A stretch of 11,569 bases of DNA from a virus. Taxonomy: Duplodnaviria > Heunggongvirae > Uroviricota > Caudoviricetes. A model generated the notes under the pieces. The model was not told the DNA's origin, did not search any database, and saw only the letters and a program-made list of their open reading frames with translations. Positions 1-6,583 of this stretch are shown piece after piece (the stretch's first letter is position 1; the number at the start of each line of letters is the position of its first letter). The DNA is taken from the IMG/VR virus record IMGVR_UViG_2671180283_000020; one strand, 5' to 3'. Position numbers and translations under genes: made by a program.

Positions 1-356
1 CGGTCGCCTGCGGCAACGGCTTTCCGGCTGATGGTCGTACGGACCTTTTTACCCCGGAGAACACCGGCAAGTCCCATAACCGCCATGAGACGTGCCACTG
101 TACATCTGGCCACCCTGATTCCTTCCCGTAACAACTGACGCCAGACTTTACGCACACCGTACACCTGATGATTTTCATCGTATACGCGCTGTATCTCTCT
201 CTTCAGCCAGTCGTCGTGCTGCGCACGGGCACTGCGTTTATCCGGATGATGTCGCTGTTGCTGACAATGGTAATACGTTGACGGGGCAATATGCAGTTCG
301 CTGCATACCGGTCCGACCCCGTACTGCTCACGCAGCTTATCCAGCAGTGGCATCAT
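1..356 (-). CDS. IS3-family transposase OrfB, N-terminal part only (truncated by window edge); normally made as an OrfAB fusion by -1 frameshifting
   Basis: Reverse-complement translation from 356 gives [79 protein letters not shown]..., which matches my recollection of IS629/IS1203 OrfB. The frame is open to position 1. Confidence 0.85.
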   Translation of the reverse strand, partial: MMPLLDKLREQYGVGPVCSELHIAPSTYYHCQQQRHHPDKRSARAQHDDWLKREIQRVYDENHQVYGVRKVWRQLLREGIRVARCTVARLMAVMGLAGVLRGKKVRTTISRKAVAAGD

Positions 357-679
357 TTTTTCCAGAGGCGGTCGAACTCCGCCTTCGCAAAATAAGCGGA
401 AGCCTGGCGAAGGATATCGTTACTGCGGCGCAGTTCACGATTTTCACGTTCCAGCTCTTTCAGACGCTGACGTTCAGCGCTGGTGAGCCCACCATCACCG
501 CCCCCGGTATCCCGCTCATGCTGGCGAACCCAGACACGCAGAGTCTCCGGCGTACAGCCAATCTTTGGGGCAATGGAACAAATTGCCGCCCACTGTGAGT
601 CATATTCATCCTGACTTTCCAGAACCATACGAATCGCCCGCTGACGGACTTCGGGGGAAAAACGAGTATTTTTAGTCAT
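353..679 (-). CDS. IS3-family transposase OrfA (HTH/leucine-zipper subunit), IS629/IS1203-like
   Basis: 108-aa [26 protein letters not shown]...[36 protein letters not shown]. The stop overlaps the orfB ATGATG, and a GAGG Shine-Dalgarno sits upstream of the ATG. Confidence 0.9.
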   Translation of the reverse strand: MTKNTRFSPEVRQRAIRMVLESQDEYDSQWAAICSIAPKIGCTPETLRVWVRQHERDTGGGDGGLTSAERQRLKELERENRELRRSNDILRQASAYFAKAEFDRLWKK

Positions 680-704
680 CCTGTTTACCTCTTTCTCAGG
701 GAGT

Positions 705-1709
705 TTAGTCTCCAGGATTTCCGGGGCGGTTCACTACGGGATCTTTGTGAATGTCGATCGGACGTTCACGGACAAGGCCAAAAATAGTCTGGCGGTCGTA
801 GCGAAGGGCATCAGGCTGTTTGCGCATTGATGCCGAGATACGCTTCCAGTCTTCGCGGTCGTTGTCGATAACTTCATTTTTTGCCCAGCGATGGATGCTG
901 CCGTCAATGTTTCCGGCATCCACATCACCAGGCCAGAGAGCGTAGGCCAGTTCGTCATCCAGTGTTTTCCATGTCTGCTTGTATTCGCGATGAATGGCAG
1001 CAATGACCGGGCTGATTTTTCCTGTTGAATTTTCACTGTACTGTTGATTGGCTCTGGCGCGTGCGAGATCAACAACAGACGTGTATTTTCCGGTTTCCTT
1101 GCGTTCACCTTCGCGACGTTTTTTCCAGATGCGCATCTCTGCCTGAATTTCGGGCCATTTGGCACCAGGCTTACATTTATGCTTAACCCACCCGATGGCA
1201 TGCAGCTTAAGCTCCGGATACATGGCGTTAACTTCTGGCATTTTCATCAACGCTTCAACGATATGTCCGTCGAATGTTGCCATGTCTTCCTGCAACAATT
1301 CCTGTGCGCTAATAACCATATCAACGGTGATGTTTTCACATGTGTCGAACTTAACCATGACAGCGTTCTGTACTTCAGGGGCCAGCTTGTCAAAAGTGAC
1401 GTTCATCGGATCGGATTCAGTCTCAACCGGGACAAAGGAAGCAGACTCCTCATCCCAGCGGTTTTCCTGCATATATTCAGCATCCCAGGAATCGAGGGCA
1501 GGGCGGGGTATACCGGGTTTATCCTCGCAGACAAGAAATTTATAAGCGCAGTCCTGAGCAGCCGGATAATGCTCCAGGAATTGCCAGTGAAATTTTGCGC
1601 GGGCGCGACGTTCATCACCGGCTTCAATGGCAGTGGCTACAGCGACGGCACCTTCTTCCTTTATTGCCTGTTCGTCCGGAATGGCGGCGCAAATAAAGAC
1701 TTTACTCAT
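705..1709 (-). pseudogene. Prophage gene in the ydfE position, 3' end disrupted by the IS insertion (native sequence 734..1709; last ~10 codons and the stop come from IS terminal sequence)
   Basis: 334-aa ORF with GAGGT Shine-Dalgarno before the ATG at 1707-1709. The reading frame runs uninterrupted across the IS terminus at 733/734 and stops inside the IS, so the native C-terminus is missing. Synteny downstream of dicB-ydfD suggests the ydfE slot. No family recognised by eye. Confidence 0.6.
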
Positions 1710-1801
1710 TTTGTTTTACCTCATTACAGATTTAAGGGTGAACAAATCCCTGCCATTGCTGGCATATAAGAATGAAATCGGATATTTATTACGGAACTGT
1801 T

Positions 1802-1993
1802 TTAAAGACCTGCCGGGATTTCGTTATTATCCTGGTGAATAACTTTATCGACCGGGTAACAGTTACCGGGAATTTTCTGTTCGGTTGCTGCAGTCACACA
1901 CTCCTGCATTGTCCTGTGAACACTGACTGCAATATCAACTGGCTCTCCGGAAACAAGAAAAACTGTCAGAACAAGTGCAAATGCTGTATTCAT
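1802..1993 (-). CDS. ydfD: YdfD-like small lysis protein (63 aa) with hydrophobic N-terminal segment
   Basis: MNTAFALVLTVFLVSGEPVDIAVSVHRTMQECVTAATEQKIPGNCYPVDKVIHQDNNEIPAGL; AAGGA Shine-Dalgarno 8 nt upstream. The start ATG overlaps the dicB stop (ATGA). Closely resembles my recollection of Qin prophage YdfD. The track ORF 1802..2047 carries an N-terminal extension that I do not accept. Confidence 0.8.
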   Translation of the reverse strand: MNTAFALVLTVFLVSGEPVDIAVSVHRTMQECVTAATEQKIPGNCYPVDKVIHQDNNEIPAGL

Positions 1994-2178
1994 TGCCAGC
2001 ATCCTTTTTGTATCGGACGTAAACGGGCCAGCATTGAAAGAATGCATATTTTATTTAATAGCTCCCGTTCGTGTTTTCTCTTGTTAATGGCATCTTCAGT
2101 AAATACAGGGTTACTGATAGTGACACCAATTTCAAAACAACCTTCAGACGTATTAACGTTTGGTAATAACGTTTCCAT
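1990..2178 (-). CDS. dicB: DicB cell-division inhibitor (62 aa)
   Basis: METLLPNVNTSEGCFEIGVTISNPVFTEDAINKRKHERELLNKICILSMLARLRPIQKGCWQ, near-identical to recalled E. coli DicB, with the same length. GAGGA Shine-Dalgarno 7 nt upstream of the ATG at 2176-2178. The track ORF (1990..2283) is extended upstream. Confidence 0.85.
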   Translation of the reverse strand: METLLPNVNTSEGCFEIGVTISNPVFTEDAINKRKHERELLNKICILSMLARLRPIQKGCWQ

Positions 2179-2352
2179 TATCGCGTCCTCAACAATGAAT
2201 TTTGTGATGCGGTGCCTGGTGCCTCCAGGTGACGTTAACCAGTTAACAATTAACGCCGGATACAGAGAATCCCCCCATAACACTGTTTTTGGTTTTAACT
2301 GTTCCGCGTGCGCTCAGCCGCATTCACCGCATCACAAAATTCACTTTAAAAA

Positions 2353-2405
2353 GGGCGGCAGAGCAGTCACGGAGTAAAACTGATACCGCCAAACGTCACC
2401 AGAAA
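2353..2405 (-). ncRNA. dicF: DicF small RNA (53 nt, ftsZ-targeting sRNA of dicB operons), followed by a T-run at 2348..2352
   Basis: Reverse complement of 2353..2405 is TTTCTGGTGACGTTTGGCGGTATCAGTTTTACTCCGTGACTGCTCTGCCGCCC, matching the DicF sequence as I remember it. It ends in a GC-rich stem plus U-tail and sits upstream of dicB on the same strand, as in Qin. Confidence 0.8.
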
Positions 2406-2681
2406 ATTGATAACAGAGGGCGTTGCAGCGGGGTTGTCACTTAAGCGTATGGTCAACCTGACAACCCGGTGTCCTCAACGGGGGAAGGAATAACCCCGCC
2501 ATACTTACCGCCGCGCCATTTCGCGGGTTGCCACAACCGGAAGCGCACGGTCGAATTAAATTTAACGACACCGTACAGTGAGACGAACTTCGCCGTGCGC
2601 TTTCGTGTTGTGTGCCTGCTTTTAACCACGTCAGGCGAGGTGGTATCCTTCTTATCCCGAATAACCAAGAAGGAAATCTAT

Positions 2682-2882
2682 ATGACTAAAGAAGAATTTG
2701 TCTCTTATATTTTTGATAAAACGGTTGAAATGTATGCCGCTACTTACGGGTCCTGTAATCCTCTGAATAAACCAGAGGGGAAAGATGATTTCGACAAAAT
2801 TTACCGCTTCTTGGAGGACCGCTATATCAAAAGGTTAGAGGACGCAGGGATCAAATCCCCAGTGAAGTCACCATTGTCCTGA
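2682..2882 (+). CDS. Hypothetical 66-aa protein, antisense to the dicB operon leader (uncertain)
   Basis: MTKEEFVSYIFDKTVEMYAATYGSCNPLNKPEGKDDFDKIYRFLEDRYIKRLEDAGIKSPVKSPLS with AAGGA Shine-Dalgarno 7 nt upstream of the ATG at 2682 and a balanced, protein-like composition. Its orientation opposes the surrounding operon and its 3' end overlaps the convergent 125-aa gene. Confidence 0.3.
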   Translation: MTKEEFVSYIFDKTVEMYAATYGSCNPLNKPEGKDDFDKIYRFLEDRYIKRLEDAGIKSPVKSPLS

Positions 2883-3228
2883 GAACTTGCAGGACGTCAT
2901 GATCGTAACTTCCATCCAAACCGCGACGGCAAATTGCTTCTCGTATTACCGGAAGCAGTTCGCTGGAAATCTCGGTGCATATTTCACCTGATAATACGCT
3001 TGGCTCAAGTGAGAATATTGGTGAACTTACGGTCTTGGTCTCGACAGTTTCAGAGTCAGTGCCAACATTATAAAGCTCAACGAAAGCGGTCTTGATTTTC
3101 CGGGCCAGATCTTTTGCTGGCTCGCTTGCAATATCTTTCCCGATTTCTCGCAGCACAGAATGCAATGTATGAGCTGCTGTTTTCTGTACATCAGACGGTA
3201 AATCTTTAAATTCCATCGTCAGCCTCAT
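2851..3228 (-). CDS. Hypothetical prophage protein (125 aa from the ATG at 3228; 121 aa if the ATG at 3216 is used) in the dicB operon
   Basis: The first ATG overlaps the ydfA-like stop as TGATG; a second ATG at 3216 has a GAGG Shine-Dalgarno 6 nt upstream. Sequence MEFKDLPSDVQKTAAHTLHSVLREIGKDIASEP... is acidic and protein-like. No family recognised. Confidence 0.6.
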   Translation of the reverse strand: MRLTMEFKDLPSDVQKTAAHTLHSVLREIGKDIASEPAKDLARKIKTAFVELYNVGTDSETVETKTVSSPIFSLEPSVLSGEICTEISSELLPVIREAICRRGLDGSYDHDVLQVLRTMVTSLGI

Positions 3229-3380
3229 CAGTCAGTGTTTCTGGCTAACCAGCAACGCGCGCCAGATCCGGTTTTAAACGTTTTGCTTTTGGTATATGTC
3301 ATCGCGGTGAACGTACCGCCCTGGTTGGGGAACACGCCGTACACCAGAGATTCGTTGTTGCCAAGATCGATAGTATCCAT
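3228..3380 (-). CDS. ydfA: YdfA-like small prophage protein (50 aa), first gene downstream of the dicA-like repressor
   Basis: MDTIDLGNNESLVYGVFPNQGGTFTAMTYTKSKTFKTGSGARCWLARNTD with GAGGT Shine-Dalgarno 4 nt upstream of the internal ATG. The track ORF (3228..3473) includes an unsupported N-terminal extension. Size and position match ydfA of Qin; the sequence match is from imperfect memory. Confidence 0.55.
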   Translation of the reverse strand: MDTIDLGNNESLVYGVFPNQGGTFTAMTYTKSKTFKTGSGARCWLARNTD

Positions 3381-3496
3381 GTTGACCTCATTTCCCCTTA
3401 ACGCCGGGGTAGCGGAACTGTTTGCTGAGAACACCGTGCGGTGTCTTGATGGATCGTAATTTAGTTTTCTCATGAATATTGGTCAAGTACTTTTAA

Positions 3497-3509
3497 TGAG
3501 AAAACTCAA
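3497..3509. promoter_or_regulatory. Operator-like inverted repeat TGAGAAAACTCAA (copy 1), in the promoter region of the minus-strand dicB-type operon
   Basis: A 13-bp motif with TGAG/CTCA inverted half-sites, identical to the copy at 4031..4043. It lies between the repressor gene's 3' end and ydfA, overlapping candidate minus-strand -35/-10 elements. Confidence 0.45.
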
Positions 3510-3520
3510 TATTTAATGCA

Positions 3521-3555
3521 AAATAAAGCCAATACATTGAAATGTAAGGCTTTAA
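3521..3555 (-). terminator. Possible intrinsic terminator downstream of the dicA-like gene
   Basis: Minus strand reads GCCTTACATT-TCAATGTATTGGC (imperfect stem) followed by TTTATTTT. Stem is imperfect, so low confidence. Confidence 0.3.
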
Positions 3556-3571
3556 AATTTGTGAAGGGGGG

Positions 3572-3979
3572 TTATTGATGTTTGTTACGTTTGCGAGCTT
3601 CTAGTAGCTCGGTGAATAGGCGATTAAAATTCTCAACGCGGGCACGGAGTTCGCTGATTTGTGCTTGCTGCTCTGATTTTGGAAGTGCGCGATACAATCG
3701 CAACATCTCCAACTCATCTTCCGATAAGTCTAAGGCGCTGTTGAGTGCAACTGGTGGATCTGGTGTTTTATCCTCGTCACCAAACAGTATCCAAGTTGGT
3801 GAACATTGCAATACCTCAGCCAGGCGATGCAAATTTTGCCCGCGCGGGGCTGTATGGTCGCTTTCCCATAGTGAAATTGATGAGCCAGATACGCCAGCAG
3901 CTTTGCTTAAATCGTTTTGACTTAAACCAACCTGTTTGCGTCTTTCTCTAATTCGTTGACCTAAAGTTTTCTCGTTCAT
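3572..3979 (-). CDS. dicA: DicA-like XRE-family HTH repressor (prophage immunity repressor, 135 aa)
   Basis: MNEKTLGQRIRERRKQVGLSQNDLSKAAGVSGSSISLWESDHTAPRGQNLHRLAEVLQCSPTWILFGDEDK...: HTH_XRE signature in the N-terminus. Same length as DicA and strongly resembles it as I recall. Divergent from a Cro/DicC-like gene. Confidence 0.9.
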   Translation of the reverse strand: MNEKTLGQRIRERRKQVGLSQNDLSKAAGVSGSSISLWESDHTAPRGQNLHRLAEVLQCSPTWILFGDEDKTPDPPVALNSALDLSEDELEMLRLYRALPKSEQQAQISELRARVENFNRLFTELLEARKRNKHQ

Positions 3980-4000
3980 ATTTAGATATCTTAATAACCC

Positions 4001-4043
4001 TTGACTTGAGATTCCTTGAGTGATTACTATTGAGAAAACTCAA
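4001..4043 (+). promoter_or_regulatory. Candidate promoter for the dicC-like gene (-35 TTGACT 4001..4006, -10-like TTACTA/TACTAT about 4024..4030) overlapping operator-like motif TTGAGAAAACTCAA (4030..4043, copy 2) and additional TTGAG half-sites
   Basis: Hexamers read directly, with 17-18 bp spacing. The motif is identical to the 3497..3509 copy; three TTGAG half-sites occur within about 40 bp. Confidence 0.45.
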
Positions 4044-4056
4044 CTTTGGAGGGGTG

Positions 4057-4284
4057 ATGTTTAAATCAGACGTAATTAATTTTTATGGGACGAAAGCCAA
4101 AGTAGCGAAAGCTGCTGGTGTTGATCCATCTGCTGTTTCTCAATGGGGGGAACTGGTTCCTGAAGGTCGCGCGATGCGCCTGCAAGAGGCATCCGGCGGG
4201 GAACTTCAGTACGACCCCAAAGTTTATGACGAATATCGTAAGGCAAAGCGGGCGGGGCGGTTGAACAATGAAAATCACCCCTGA
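4057..4284 (+). CDS. dicC: Cro/DicC-like small regulator (75 aa), divergent from the repressor
   Basis: MFKSDVINFYGTKAKVAKAAGVDPSAVSQWGELVPEGRAMRLQEASGGELQYDPKVYDEYRKAKRAGRLNNENHP with GGAGG Shine-Dalgarno 5 nt upstream of the ATG at 4057. The track ORF starts at an upstream TTG (4030), which I consider less likely. Size and position match dicC/ydaS-type genes. Confidence 0.75.
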   Translation: MFKSDVINFYGTKAKVAKAAGVDPSAVSQWGELVPEGRAMRLQEASGGELQYDPKVYDEYRKAKRAGRLNNENHP

Positions 4285-4819
4285 ACAGGTTTGTGAGGCT
4301 CTGGATGCCTGGGTATGCCGACCAGGAATGACACAGGAGCAGGCGACGATATTAATCACGGAAGCATTCTGGGCTCTGAAAGAACGCCCGAACATCGATG
4401 TTCAACGCGTCACGTTTAATGATGGCGAGGTTGATCAACGGGCGCTGGGCGTTAACCGGGTGAAGATATTCGAACGCTGGAAAGCTATCGACACCAGGGA
4501 TAAGCGGAAAAAATTCACGGCGCTGATTCCGGCAATTATGGAGGCTATCCGAATTAGTGATTTCAGGCTGTATCGTGAGATCAGTGATGGAAAAAGCATT
4601 ACGTACATGATCGCCGGATTAAACAAAGAATATGGCGATGTGGTGGAGTCCGGGCTGCTTTTTGCGGATCCAGCTGTTGTGGAACGTGAGACTGACGAGC
4701 TTATAGAAAAAGCTATTGCTTTCAAGCATGCGTATCGTCAGCAATATCAATATTACTTTGCAGATAAACAAATGTCTGCCAGGGGTTCGTATGAGTATCG
4801 ATGCACTACGATGGGCTAA
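4268..4819 (+). CDS. YdaT-like prophage protein (183 aa; proposed CII-like/toxic regulator family)
   Basis: Follows the Cro-like gene with a 17-bp overlap. Contains a K-x-x-x-LIPAI-x-x-AI segment reminiscent of Rac YdaT, recalled with low precision. Confidence 0.65.
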   Translation: MKITPEQVCEALDAWVCRPGMTQEQATILITEAFWALKERPNIDVQRVTFNDGEVDQRALGVNRVKIFERWKAIDTRDKRKKFTALIPAIMEAIRISDFRLYREISDGKSITYMIAGLNKEYGDVVESGLLFADPAVVERETDELIEKAIAFKHAYRQQYQYYFADKQMSARGSYEYRCTTMG

Positions 4820-5822
4820 AAAGGTGAAAACCGGCAGTTCATCCAGTAAGTCAGTATTGACCTGGCTTGCTGATATGTGCGGTGCCGATTTGTGTGCATA
4901 CCCGTCTGTATCTGCCCTGGCAGAAGTAACGGAACTGAACAAAAAGACAGTGCAGGACAGCTTACGACACCTGATGGAGATTGGGTTAATTGTTGATACC
5001 GGTGAGAGAAAAGGCAGAACAAAGCAAATTGTGGTGTACCGACTTATCGGTGTAGAAGAAAGTGTTGCCGAACCTGAATACACCCAAAAACGGGAGTCTT
5101 TAAAGGTGGGTAAAATTGGTGCTGTTAATAAAAACAGTACCGAAAATGGTTATGTTTCAGCACAAAACAGACCCAAAAACGGAACTCTTAGCTGCATGGA
5201 AAATAACCAAAGACACCCAAATTTTCCATCAAAGACACCCAAAAACGGATCACGGAACCCAAAGGAACCCAAAGTTCTAAACCCCACACATAACGCACGC
5301 GAGAGTGCTCTGACCAGTGAGCAGGAAGTTTTGTCGTTACAGGCAGTATTCCTGGATGGCCTGAGAGAACCCATCGGAAAATTTCTGATGACCGATAGCT
5401 GGCATCCGTCGCGGGATTTTCGACGACGGGCTGCGTTGTGGGGGATGGCTTTGCCGGAGCCGGAATTTACACCTGCTGAACTTGCCGCATTCCGGGATTA
5501 CTGGAGTGATGAGGGGAAAGTGTTTACGCAGATTCAGTGGGAGCAGAAATTCGCCCGTCACGTAAATCACGTCAGGGCGCAGGTTAAACCAGTCAGCAAG
5601 GGGGTGAACCATGCAGCAGCACCAGGGGGCACCGCATCACGGGCAGTTCAGGAAATTCGGGCAGCACGTGAGCAGTGGGAACGTGAAAACGGATTTATCC
5701 GCGACGGAAACGGCGTGGAAGCTGTGGGAACTCATGGGGGAGGTTTATTCGAACCGCTGGACCCAGAAGAACGGGGCCGCACCTTCGAAGCTCTGGATTG
5801 CACAGATTGGTGCGATGACTGA
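4791..5822 (+). CDS. Replication initiator, lambda O-like role: N-terminal HTH replication-protein domain plus C-terminal DnaT-like domain
   Basis: From the ATG at 4791 (AGGGG Shine-Dalgarno 4 nt upstream): MSIDALRWAKKVKTGSSSSKSVLTWLADMCGADLCAYPSVSALAEVTELNKKTVQDSLRHLMEIGLIVDTGERKGRTKQIVVYRLIG... with C-terminal ...FTPAELAAFRDYWSDEGKVFTQIQWEQKFARHVNHV. The last ~70 codons are lower-complexity and overlap the P-like ORF, so the true C-terminus is uncertain. The track start at 4716 is rejected (no Shine-Dalgarno; internal to the YdaT-like gene). Confidence 0.8.
   Translation: MSIDALRWAKKVKTGSSSSKSVLTWLADMCGADLCAYPSVSALAEVTELNKKTVQDSLRHLMEIGLIVDTGERKGRTKQIVVYRLIGVEESVAEPEYTQKRESLKVGKIGAVNKNSTENGYVSAQNRPKNGTLSCMENNQRHPNFPSKTPKNGSRNPKEPKVLNPTHNARESALTSEQEVLSLQAVFLDGLREPIGKFLMTDSWHPSRDFRRRAALWGMALPEPEFTPAELAAFRDYWSDEGKVFTQIQWEQKFARHVNHVRAQVKPVSKGVNHAAAPGGTASRAVQEIRAAREQWERENGFIRDGNGVEAVGTHGGGLFEPLDPEERGRTFEALDCTDWCDD
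5168..5275. repeat. Iteron-like direct repeats (ACCCAAA-containing units, at least five copies) inside the initiator gene linker; candidate phage replication origin
   Basis: cagACCCAAAAACGGAac (5168..5185), AGACACCCAAAtttt (5211..5225), AGACACCCAAAAACGGAtc (5233..5251), GGAACCCAAAG x2 in tandem (5254..5275), preceded by an AT-rich stretch at about 5110..5165. By analogy with lambda, where ori iterons lie inside gene O. Confidence 0.45.
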
Positions 5823-6276
5823 GCAGCAAATCCGACAGGTCTGCCGCCAGTGCATGGACCGCTGCCGGGAGGGTGAAACATGGCCTCCGGACCTGGCTGA
5901 GTTTGTGGCACTGATTTCGGAAAGCGGAGCCAATCCATTCGGTCTGACGGTGGATGCTGTGATGGAGGAGTACCGCCGCTGGCGCAATGAGTCCTGGCGA
6001 TACGACGGAAGTGATAAGTACCCGTGGTCTCAGCCTGTGCTGTATCACATTTGCCTCGAGATGCGTTCAAAGGGGGTTGAGCGCCAGATGACCGAAGGGG
6101 AATTAAAACGGCTTGCAGAACGGCAGCTGACGAAATGGGCAAAGCATGTTAGTAACGGCCTGAGCGTTCCGCCAGTCCGGCGACAACTGGCGGCACCCAA
6201 ACGCCCGTCGGGGCCAACGCCAATTGAGTTGCTGAAACAGGAATATGAACGCCGGAAAGCGGCTGGGCTTGTTTGA
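5611..6276 (+). CDS. Lambda P-like replication protein (helicase loader family)
   Basis: Strong Shine-Dalgarno AAGGGGGTG 6 nt upstream of the ATG at 5611. The C-terminal half (FVALISESGANPFGLTVDAVMEEYRRWRNESWRYDGSDKYPWSQPVLYHICLEMR...TEGELKRLAERQL) resembles lambda P (FVAWCREEA...VYEYCRKRGLYPDAESYPWKSNAHYWL...TDAELRRKAADEL). Alternative start at the ATG 5815, which overlaps the O-like stop as ATGACTGA. Confidence 0.7.
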   Translation: MQQHQGAPHHGQFRKFGQHVSSGNVKTDLSATETAWKLWELMGEVYSNRWTQKNGAAPSKLWIAQIGAMTEQQIRQVCRQCMDRCREGETWPPDLAEFVALISESGANPFGLTVDAVMEEYRRWRNESWRYDGSDKYPWSQPVLYHICLEMRSKGVERQMTEGELKRLAERQLTKWAKHVSNGLSVPPVRRQLAAPKRPSGPTPIELLKQEYERRKAAGLV

Positions 6277-6308
6277 GTTGAGAAGTAATTTTTACCGGGA
6301 GGAAATTT

Positions 6309-6583
6309 ATGGAGACTGTTTTTGACGCACTGAAAGCAATGGGAAAAGCCACATCCATAGAACTTGCTGCGCGCGTGAAGAAGTGCTGAACGAACTATGG
6401 GAACTGAAAAAGGCTGGTTTTGTTGATAAAAGCGCGTACACCTGGCGTGTGGCTGATAACAACGTTCAGCAGGAACAGCCAGCGCAGGCAGAACTGCCGG
6501 AAGAAACCACCACAATGAGTGAAGTTATGCAGCGCATACTGGCATTTTATCAGGGAAATGTTCGATATTTTAGACGTTACTAG
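6309..6583 (+). pseudogene. Small winged-helix-like prophage gene split by a frameshift (rem-position gene): 26-codon N-terminal ORF 6309..6389 and a C-terminal ORF in another frame reaching the stop at 6581..6583
   Basis: GGGAGG Shine-Dalgarno 6 nt upstream of the ATG at 6309. Frame 0 reads [26 protein letters not shown] then stops; the adjacent frame reads (E)[27 protein letters not shown]... from about 6380. The two pieces together look like one small DNA-binding protein. Confidence 0.5.

Larger units (their letters stand above)
1..733 (-). mobile_element. Partial IS3-family insertion sequence (IS629/IS1203-like); left terminus (5'-TGAACCGCCCCGG... on the minus strand) at about 733, element continues beyond the window start
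   Basis: Minus-strand orfA (353..679) followed in the -1 frame by an orfB N-terminus ([16 protein letters not shown]...), the classic IS3-family OrfA/OrfB arrangement with a run of six A at the junction. The terminal TG...CCCCGG inverted-repeat-like end lies about 55 nt upstream of the orfA ATG. Only one end is in the window. Confidence 0.85.

Noticed and set aside
278-598. 106-aa plus-strand ORF inside the IS element
   Set aside because: Antisense shadow of IS orfA/orfB; the minus strand carries the recognisable transposase sequences.
705-1709. Possibility that the 334-aa protein is a RecE/exonuclease VIII-like recombination protein
   Set aside because: The sequence does not resemble the RecE N-terminus as I recall it, and position (after dicB-ydfD) points to the ydfE slot. 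Function left unassigned.
734-1769. Overlapping ORFs 734..1201 (-), 1044..1769 (+), 1159..1545 (+), 1403..1627 (-)
   Set aside because: Alternative-frame or antisense ORFs inside the 334-aa minus-strand gene, with low-complexity Ser/Cys/Arg-rich translations and no ribosome-binding sites.
1772-2377. 201-aa plus-strand ORF
   Set aside because: Lies antisense across ydfD, dicB and DicF, which are independently recognisable. Cys/Asn-rich, implausible protein.
2453-2668. 71-aa minus-strand ORF upstream of dicF (size similar to ydfC)
   Set aside because: TTG start without a Shine-Dalgarno and a highly basic Arg/Lys-rich translation. It could still correspond to ydfC, but I cannot recall that sequence, so it is left uncalled.
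3235-3951. Plus-strand ORFs 3235..3459, 3582..3920, 3745..3951
   Set aside because: Antisense to the ydfA-like and dicA-like genes; serine/cysteine-rich shadow ORFs.
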